Source: an uncultured bacterium (GTDB taxonomy: Bacteria; Actinomycetota; Actinomycetes; S36-B12). From it: 64,000 nt of DNA. The stretch spans positions 400 to 64,399 of the forward strand of contig CAITYI010000261.1 of NCBI GenBank assembly GCA_903896585.1, read 5' to 3'. The notes beneath the pieces were generated by a model. The model had not been told where the DNA came from and did not search any database. It saw nothing but the letters and a program-made list of their open reading frames with translations. Made by a program: the position numbers and the translations under genes. Below, piece by piece: positions 57,047 to 64,000 of the stretch. Position 1 is the first letter of the stretch, and each line of letters begins with the position of its first letter.

Positions 57047-58567
57047 ATGCACACGCTGGATTCACGATTTGAAGGTTCATGGATCAACGGTTCATCTTTC
57101 GCAGGCAATGGTGATCCATGGGAGGTTATTAACCCAGCAGACTCGAGTGTTGTGGCGACTCTCACGTTGGCGACCCCTGCAGACGTCGCCTACGCCGTTG
57201 AATCAGCGCACATGGCGTTTCAGACTTGGTCACGCACGGTCCCCGCCGAGAGAAGTGCGCTACTGCATGCCTTGGCCAGAAGACTAGAAGAGCGAGCTGA
57301 GGAGTATGTACTGGTCGAATCGGCCCAGACGGGAAAGCCTTTTCGGCTTTGCCGAGAGTTTGATATCCCCGGATCAATTGACAATGTGAGTTATTTTGCC
57401 GGAATCGCTCGCAATGCGGAAGGGAAAGCATCGACCGAGTGGGTATCCAATATCAACTCCTCAATTCGACGTGAACCGATTGGGGTGATCGGGTCAATAG
57501 CCCCCTGGAACTACCCCCTCCAAATGGCCATGTGGAAAGTGCTCCCCGCAATTGCCGCTGGTAACACAATTGTGCTCAAGCCGGCCGAGCTCACCCCTCT
57601 CACCGCTCTCATGTTGGCCCAAGACTGCACCCACGTGGGTTTCCCAGACGGTGTCGTAAATGTCGTGACTGGTTCGGGACCGTTGGCCGGAGAGGCCCTC
57701 GTCTCGCATCCAGAGGTGGCCATGGTTTCCTTTACCGGATCTACCAAGGTGGGCAAGCGAGTCATGGAGCTGGCGACCGCGGGTATCAAGCGAGTCCATT
57801 TAGAGCTCGGGGGCAAAGCTCCATTCATCGTGTTTGCCGATGCCAACCTCGAAGCAGCGATCCACGGTGCGGTGGCCGGTTCGCTGATCAACAGCGGCCA
57901 GGATTGCACGGCGGCAACGAGGGCCTATGTACATGAATCCCTGTTTGCAGATTTCGTTACCGGAGTAAATGAGCTTTTCGCACAGATTTGCGTAGGGGAC
58001 CCACAATTGGACTCAACAGATATTGGACCCCTTGTGTCAATTGCTCAGCGGGACCGAGTTCACGGTTTCGTGGAGCGGGCCAGGTCCCAAGGAGCCACGG
58101 TGCATGTTGGCGGGGAATCGCCTAGCGAGAAACCCGATGGCGTGGAAGGTGGAGCCTTCTATCCGCCGACTCTCCTCACCGGGGTTGGCCAACACTGGGA
58201 AATAGTCCAAGAGGAAATCTTTGGCCCGGTGCTGGTTGTTCTGCCCTTTAATTCCATCGAGGAGGGTTTAGCTCTGGCAAATGACACTCCCTATGGATTA
58301 GCGGCCTCCGCCTGGACACAGTCAGTTGTCATCTCGGAGCGAGCTCAGCGGGAGATTAATGCGGGTACGGTCTGGATCAATGACCACATTCCGATCATGA
58401 GTGAGATGCCACATGGTGGATTTGGGGGCTCGGGTTTCGGCAAGGATATGTCTACCTACTCCCTAGAGGAGTACACCAGAATCAAGCATGTAGCCGTTGA
58501 CGTCACGGGTGAGGTTAAGAAAGACTGGCATCGGACCATTTTCCGGGATAACTTCCCCGAAGCCTGA
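57047..58567 (+). CDS. NAD-dependent aldehyde dehydrogenase (paralogue of 45293-46735)
   Basis: PWNYP, ELGGKAP and GQDCTAATR motifs. The C-terminal EEYTRIKHV matches the other copy's EDYTRIKHV. The start is ATG 57047 or GTG 57041, after GGGGAG. Confidence 0.88.
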   Translation: [506 protein letters not shown]

Positions 58568-58739
58568 CAGCGACGACACGAAGTTGTTACATAATTTGTA
58601 CTCAATAAACTGAAGGTAGCCAGCTTTACCGACTACCGTTGGCGAAGAGATACAACCATCAGGCCGGACAAAGTGGCCCGTAATGAAAACGCTCGTCTTG
58701 GAATGTTCGTATTGAAATTCGCATAGGAGAGGAAAGACC

Positions 58740-59945
58740 ATGACACTCAACCGACCCGAGACCATTGCGGCCATCGCTGGACAAATCCGCACATCTGTTT
58801 CCCGCAGGCGCCTGTTGCAGGCTGCTGGCATTGGGAGCGCTGCCATGGTTGTTGCCGCATGTGGCACGGGTTCTGAGGAGTCAGGTGAAGCGGCATCGGC
58901 GACCGACCTATCCGATACCGAAATGATTGCGAATTGGTCTAACTGGCCTCTGTACCTTGATGTCGATGAAGAATCGGGCGAGTACCCATCGCTCGTTGCT
59001 TTTGAGGAGTCCACTGGAATTGATGTCACCTATACCGAAGATGTCAATGACAACAATGAGTTCTTTGCCAAGGTGCGTACCCAACTTGAGCAAGGTCAAG
59101 ACATTGGTCGAGATCTGGTTGTTCTCACTGACTGGATGGCTGCACTGTGGATTCAGAGCGGGTACGCCCAAAAACTTGACAAGGCACTTATTCCTAACTC
59201 GGTAAATTTGATTCCTCGCCTGGCAGACGTCAACTTTGATAAACCGCGTGACTTCTCACTTCCATGGCAGTCAGGATTTGGTGGCTTGGGCTACAACACC
59301 CCGGCCTTGCAGGCAGCCACGGGAAAGTCGACCATGACTTCAATGGACGAATTATTTGACCCAGCGCTGAAGGGCCGAGTGACATTGCTCTCCGAAATGC
59401 GCGACACCATGGGTTGTATTTTGGCGTGGAAGGGTTATGACCCTTCAAACTTCACGGAAGCTGAATTTGAGGAAGCAATCGCGGAATTGACCAAGCAGGT
59501 GGACAGTGGTCAGGTGCGTCAAGTAACTGGAAACGACTACGTCGCGGCAATGGAAAGCGGTGATGTCATTGCGGTTATTGGTTGGTCGGGAGATATTTTC
59601 GCCCTCGGTGACGAATTCAACTTCACGTTGCCCGAAAGCGGTGGCATGCTTTGGACGGACAACATGTTGATTCCTGCACTAGCTCAGCATAAGAAAAACG
59701 CCGAGTTGATTATGAACAACTATTACGACCCGGCAGTGGCGGCCCAGGTGGCGGCATATGTGAATTACATTTGTCCGGTTCTAGGTGCCCAGGCTGAAAT
59801 GGAAAAAATAGATCCTGCGCTTGCGAGCAGTGAATTCATTTTCCCCACAGATGCAATGCTCAATCAAACCTATGTCTTCATGGAATTAACACAAGAACAA
59901 AATGAAGCCTACGAACGGCTTTTCCAAAAGGCGATCGGCAACTAG
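58740..59945 (+). CDS. PotD/PotF-like polyamine ABC substrate-binding lipoprotein
   Basis: Twin-arginine-like signal SRRRLLQAAG plus lipobox VAAC, then a PotD-type periplasmic-binding fold pattern. Confidence 0.85.
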   Translation: MTLNRPETIAAIAGQIRTSVSRRRLLQAAGIGSAAMVVAACGTGSEESGEAASATDLSDTEMIANWSNWPLYLDVDEESGEYPSLVAFEESTGIDVTYTEDVNDNNEFFAKVRTQLEQGQDIGRDLVVLTDWMAALWIQSGYAQKLDKALIPNSVNLIPRLADVNFDKPRDFSLPWQSGFGGLGYNTPALQAATGKSTMTSMDELFDPALKGRVTLLSEMRDTMGCILAWKGYDPSNFTEAEFEEAIAELTKQVDSGQVRQVTGNDYVAAMESGDVIAVIGWSGDIFALGDEFNFTLPESGGMLWTDNMLIPALAQHKKNAELIMNNYYDPAVAAQVAAYVNYICPVLGAQAEMEKIDPALASSEFIFPTDAMLNQTYVFMELTQEQNEAYERLFQKAIGN

Positions 59946-59991
59946 CGTTTTCAACTGTGTGGATCAAATAACTTGAACTTAACAGTGTGCC

Positions 59992-61158
59992 TTGAAAGGA
60001 ATTAGATTGAGCGAATCCAGTGGTCGCAATATTGAAGATCTGCACCTAAAGAGTCTCACTAAAAAATTTGGCGAGGTCGCCGCAGTTGATGACTTGACGC
60101 TCACGATCCCAGCGGGGTCATTCTTTGCCCTACTGGGTGCGTCGGGCTGCGGCAAAACCACCACATTGCGCATGGTGGCTGGATTGGAAGATCCAACTTC
60201 GGGGAACATTGTGATCGGTGATAAAGACATCACGCATCTTCGGGCATTTCAGCGACCAGTCAACACTGTTTTTCAGTCTTATGCTCTTTTCCCGCATCTA
60301 GACATTTTCGAAAATGTGGCATTCGGCCTCCGCCGTCGCAAGGTAAAAGATGTCGATCAAAAAGTGAACGCAATGCTTGAACTTGTCGAGTTGGGTCCCA
60401 TGGCTCGGCGCAAGCCGAGTCAATTGTCGGGCGGGCAGCAGCAGCGAGTAGCCGTTGCTCGGGCTCTTATTAACGAACCAGATGTGCTGTTACTGGACGA
60501 ACCTTTAGGTGCATTAGATCTCAAGTTACGCAGGCAAATGCAAATCGAGTTGAAAAGAATTCAGGTGGAAGTGGGCACCACGTTTGTCCACGTGACCCAC
60601 GATCAAGAAGAAGCCATGACCATGGCCGACACGGTTGCCGTCATGAATGCCGGTCGCATTGAACAAATGGGACATCCTGCAGATATATATGAGCTTCCTC
60701 AGACCGTTTTTGTGGCTAATTTCTTGGGTCAATCAAATCTGTTTGCTGGATCACGAACCGGCCAGTCCGGTGAGGTAATCATGGTTGACTCTCACGGCAT
60801 GAAATTCTCGGTGTTGAGTTCGCGAAATTCAGCCAGGTCAGACGAAATCATTGTCGGTATTCGACCGGAAAAAATCGTGGTTCGTGATCTGGTTGATCGG
60901 GACAATGTCCCTTCAGGTCACAACATTCTTGAGGGCCGAGTTACCGATGTTTCCTACACAGGAGTGTCTACTCAGTATGTAGTGGAGACTTCGTGGGGGC
61001 AAGACGTCACAGTATTTGAGCAAAATGTGATTGTGGGGGATCGCTGTGAAGTTGGCGATCAAGTGATTCTGCACTGGTCGCCTGAACACACATTTGGTCT
61101 TGCTGGGGGAGAGACCCTCCTACATAAGACCGCCCAAGTTCTAGCCGCAGGCGTTTAG
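59992..61158 (+). CDS. potA: polyamine-type ABC ATP-binding protein
   Basis: GASGCGKTT, LSGGQQQRVAVARAL, LLLDEPLGALD and a C-terminal TOBE-like domain. TTG start, uncertain. Confidence 0.9.
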   Translation: MKGIRLSESSGRNIEDLHLKSLTKKFGEVAAVDDLTLTIPAGSFFALLGASGCGKTTTLRMVAGLEDPTSGNIVIGDKDITHLRAFQRPVNTVFQSYALFPHLDIFENVAFGLRRRKVKDVDQKVNAMLELVELGPMARRKPSQLSGGQQQRVAVARALINEPDVLLLDEPLGALDLKLRRQMQIELKRIQVEVGTTFVHVTHDQEEAMTMADTVAVMNAGRIEQMGHPADIYELPQTVFVANFLGQSNLFAGSRTGQSGEVIMVDSHGMKFSVLSSRNSARSDEIIVGIRPEKIVVRDLVDRDNVPSGHNILEGRVTDVSYTGVSTQYVVETSWGQDVTVFEQNVIVGDRCEVGDQVILHWSPEHTFGLAGGETLLHKTAQVLAAGV

Positions 61159-61160
61159 CG

Positions 61161-62051
61161 GTGGTCGCACTACTTCCGTCAACTGGGGTGAAGCCTCAGG
61201 TGTCGCCCCAAAAACGTTCTCGAACCGGGTATTTTCTTTTACTGCCGGGCATGACATGGCTAGCCATTTTCTTCGCCATTCCATTTGTCACTTTATTCCT
61301 CACCAGTCTTCAGGCGCCGGTAGCAGGTAAATCCGGACAGTATGTTCCGGCTTTTCAGGTCAGCAATTACCCGGATGCACTCATCGAGTACTGGCCACAA
61401 TTTCTCAAGTCATTCATCTATGCCGGGATCGCCACTGCCCTTGCGTTATTGATTGCGTATCCACTGGCTTACTTCATTGCATTTAAAGCAGGTCGCTGGC
61501 GTGCATTGATGTTGGTCCTCGTTATTGCCCCCTCATTCGCATCTTTCCTACTTCGAACCTATGCATGGAAAACCATTTTGGCTGATGAAGGTTTCATCAC
61601 CTCTTTTTTCAATGCGCTACACCTATTACCCGATGATCGAATTTTGAACACCAGCATTGCCGTGATTGCCGGTCTCACCTATAACTTCCTTCCATTTATG
61701 ATTTTGCCTCTATATGCAGCATTGGAAAAAGTGGACCCGAGACTAATCGAGGCATCAAATGACCTTTATGCCTCTGCGTTCACAACATTCCGCAAAGTCA
61801 CTTGGCCGTTATCGCTTCCAGGTGTGGTGGCAGGAACGCTTCTGACGTTTATCCCGGCTACGGGTGATTACATCAACGCTGAACTTTTGGGTTCGACTCA
61901 GGACAGAATGATTGGCAATGTTATTCAAACCAACTTTATTGAATTTAGAGATTATCCGACCGCGAGCGCTCTGTCGTTTGTTCTCATGGCGGTAATTCTG
62001 GTCTTGGTCTTTACCTATATTCGCCGAGCCGGAACGGAGGACTTGGTCTAA
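61161..62051 (+). CDS. potB: polyamine-type ABC permease
   Basis: 296 aa with six TM segments and the EAA loop LIEASNDLYASAFTTFRKVTWPLSLPG. Confidence 0.85.
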   Translation: MVALLPSTGVKPQVSPQKRSRTGYFLLLPGMTWLAIFFAIPFVTLFLTSLQAPVAGKSGQYVPAFQVSNYPDALIEYWPQFLKSFIYAGIATALALLIAYPLAYFIAFKAGRWRALMLVLVIAPSFASFLLRTYAWKTILADEGFITSFFNALHLLPDDRILNTSIAVIAGLTYNFLPFMILPLYAALEKVDPRLIEASNDLYASAFTTFRKVTWPLSLPGVVAGTLLTFIPATGDYINAELLGSTQDRMIGNVIQTNFIEFRDYPTASALSFVLMAVILVLVFTYIRRAGTEDLV

Positions 62052-62881
62052 TGCGTTGGATTCGTCAGCGGCTTCTCGGCGTAGTTGCTGTTCTCGTTCT
62101 TGTTTACCTGTTTATTCCGATTGCGGTAGTCGCCGTGCTCAGTTTCAACAAGCCTGATGGAAAGTACAACATCTCGTGGAATGAATTCTCCATTGATGCT
62201 TGGACAAACTTGTGTGGTGTTCCGGGCGTCTGCGCATCTTTCATGACAAGTATCCGAATTGGTGTCATCTCAACAATTTTCGCAACCGTGCTGGGAACCA
62301 TGATCGCATTTGCGTTGGTTCGGTACAGATTTCGTGGACGCTCCACGACCAATTTACTGATCTTCCTCCCCATGACAACGCCAGAAGTGGTCATGGGTGC
62401 AAGTCTGCTGGCACTTTTCCTAAACCTTCGATTCCCTCTTGGTGAAACAACAATCATCATTGCCCACATCATGTTTACAATTTCATTTATCGTGGTGACA
62501 GTGAAAGCGCGATTACAAGGCATGGATCCACGCCTGGAGGAAGCTGCTCGAGATCTATATGCGAACCCGCAGGCTACTTTCCGCTATGTCACATTCCCAC
62601 TTGTCGCCCCAGGGATCGCAGGTGCAGCGCTACTTGGCTTCTCATTGTCCTTCGACGACTTCATCATCAGCTTCTTTAATGCCGGTACCGTTGTTACCTT
62701 CCCCATTTACATTTGGGGAGCCGCTCAACGAGGAATTCCGGTTCAGGTAAATGCACTGGCCACCATGGTTTTCCTTGCCGCCATGGTTATTGTCTTAACG
62801 GCTCAGTTCGTCTCCTACCGTAAGCGCAAAGCTCTGCAGCTCCCCCCCAAAGCCTTGGAAGCTGCGCTTCCTCGTTCGTGA
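62051..62881 (+). CDS. potC: polyamine-type ABC permease
   Basis: 276 aa with the EAA loop LEEAARDLYANPQATFRYVTFPLVAPG. TAATG overlap with potB. Confidence 0.85.
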   Translation: MRWIRQRLLGVVAVLVLVYLFIPIAVVAVLSFNKPDGKYNISWNEFSIDAWTNLCGVPGVCASFMTSIRIGVISTIFATVLGTMIAFALVRYRFRGRSTTNLLIFLPMTTPEVVMGASLLALFLNLRFPLGETTIIIAHIMFTISFIVVTVKARLQGMDPRLEEAARDLYANPQATFRYVTFPLVAPGIAGAALLGFSLSFDDFIISFFNAGTVVTFPIYIWGAAQRGIPVQVNALATMVFLAAMVIVLTAQFVSYRKRKALQLPPKALEAALPRS

Positions 62882-62972
62882 TAGTCTTTTTGCTTTAGTA
62901 CTTGAAGGGATTGGTGGGAAGGTCAGGCGGTCGGTCTGCCCCATTACGTGAACTCTGACGTAAGGAATTCCC

Positions 62973-64000
62973 ATGTATTCGCAAGAAGTTTCTCCCCAAG
63001 GTCGGGAAAAGACAAAAAATCTTATTACTACGCCGTACTGGCTAGATTCGAAGAATCGTCCCCAACCGCGCCCGGCATTCGAGGGTTACTCCGAGGCGGA
63101 CTTAGTAATTGTCGGGGGCGGTTTCACCGGTTTGTGGGCTGCAGTTGAAGCTGCTGTGCAGAACCCAGGCCAGAGCGTTGTCATCCTTGAAGGCGGTCGC
63201 ATAGCTGGCGGGGCAACCGGGCGAAATGGCGGATTTGTTTCCGCTTCCCTCACTCATGGATTCAGTAACGGGCTCAGTAGGTGGCCTGATGAAATTAGTC
63301 GGTTAGTGGAGTTGGGCTGTAGAAATCTCCGCGAAATCGAAGCTCGGATCCACGAATTTGGCATTGACTGCGATTGGATTATGTCTGGTGGAATCGATGT
63401 AGCGATTGCCAGTTACCAGACTGCGGATTTGGCTCGACTGCACGAGCAATTGCAAGAATATGGAATCCCATCTGAGTTGCTTGACTCGCGCGAAGCGCGT
63501 CAGCGGGTTGATTCTCCGCTGTACACGGCTGGTTTATTCGACCCCCATGTTGCAATGGTTAATCCAGCAGAATTGGCGTGGGGGTTGGCTCGAGTTGCAG
63601 AACAACTGGGGGTGAAAATATATGAAAATTCACCGGTCAGTAGCCTCACTGACCAAGGCTCTAGCGTTGCGGTTGGTGTCTCCCGTGGCGTGATTAAGGC
63701 TCAGATGGTCCTACTGGCTACTAATGCGTATCCGCCGCTTTTACGCAGACTGCGCCACTATCTTGTTCCGGTTTATGACTATGTCCTCATGACGGAACCG
63801 CTTACGGCGGATCAAAAACAGAGTATCAATTGGACGGGTAGGGAAGGTATTGGGGATTCGGGAAACCAGTTTCACTATTACCGAATGACAAATACCGACC
63901 GCATTTTGTTTGGTGGCTTTGATGCCGTCTATCACTCAGGTAATGGTATGAAATCGGAATTTGATGTGGATCATGATTGTCTTGCTCGACTTGCCGACCA
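62973..64000 (+). CDS. DAO-family FAD-dependent oxidoreductase (paralogue of 41230-42597), 3' end outside window
   Basis: Not in the ORF track because it has no stop in the window. Manual translation from ATG 62973 (AAGGAA Shine-Dalgarno) gives MYSQEVSPQGREK...DLVIVGGGFTGLWAAVEAA...GATGRNGGFVSAS and stays open to the window edge. Confidence 0.75.
   Translation, partial: MYSQEVSPQGREKTKNLITTPYWLDSKNRPQPRPAFEGYSEADLVIVGGGFTGLWAAVEAAVQNPGQSVVILEGGRIAGGATGRNGGFVSASLTHGFSNGLSRWPDEISRLVELGCRNLREIEARIHEFGIDCDWIMSGGIDVAIASYQTADLARLHEQLQEYGIPSELLDSREARQRVDSPLYTAGLFDPHVAMVNPAELAWGLARVAEQLGVKIYENSPVSSLTDQGSSVAVGVSRGVIKAQMVLLATNAYPPLLRRLRHYLVPVYDYVLMTEPLTADQKQSINWTGREGIGDSGNQFHYYRMTNTDRILFGGFDAVYHSGNGMKSEFDVDHDCLARLAD

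Noticed and set aside
56875-57165. 96-aa minus-strand ORF whose product contains the duplicated DQRD(V/I) segment
   Set aside because: The duplication is a property of the intergenic 18-bp DNA repeat. The ORF runs antisense into the aldehyde dehydrogenase start and has no coding features.
58463-59029. 188-aa minus-strand ORF covering the aldehyde dehydrogenase 3' end, the spacer and the potD-like 5' end
   Set aside because: It overlaps two supported + strand genes and has no motifs. The spacer is better explained as the promoter/operator of the pot-like operon.

Overview
This is a 64-kb chromosomal segment of an actinobacterium with moderate G+C. Assignments come from reading the sequence and the ORF track by eye; no searches were run. 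Positions 1-38.2 kb are the conserved Actinomycetota housekeeping block, almost all on the + strand: metB-like (partial), ddl, thiL, rpmB, DAK2-recG-rsmD-coaD, yceD-rpmF, rnc-mutM-smc, ftsY, amt-glnK-glnD, ffh, rpsP-KH-rimM-trmD-rplS, two lepB, rnhB-yraN-comM-dprA-xerC, and rpsB-tsf-pyrH-frr-cdsA-rlmN. From 38.8 kb to the right edge there is an accessory nitrogen-compound catabolic island with three modules. Module (i) is a six-gene minus-strand operon: Lrp regulator, class-III aminotransferase, PNPOx-like flavoprotein, DAO-type FAD oxidase, glutaryl-CoA dehydrogenase and family-III CoA-transferase, with a divergent aldehyde dehydrogenase. Module (ii) is an eight-gene minus-strand operon for reductive pyrimidine breakdown: a nitrilase-type amidase, dihydropyrimidinase and CoA-acylating (methyl)malonate-semialdehyde dehydrogenase, joined to a Mer-like LLM oxidoreductase and a TauT/NitT-type ABC importer. 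It has no recognisable dihydropyrimidine dehydrogenase. Module (iii) is a MocR/GabR-type regulator, a second aldehyde dehydrogenase, a PotDABC-like importer and a second DAO-type oxidase (partial). I recognised no rRNA, tRNA, CRISPR array, transposase, phage gene or defence system. The best candidate for undescribed biology is module (ii), where the LLM enzyme may replace the missing first step and the ThiY-like ABC system may import pyrimidines. Secondary observations are candidate operators for the MocR, Lrp and GlnR regulators, a structured 310-bp rpsB/M23-peptidase spacer, a recently duplicated repeat in the S16 tail, and an orphan carrier-protein-like ORF upstream of rnc.
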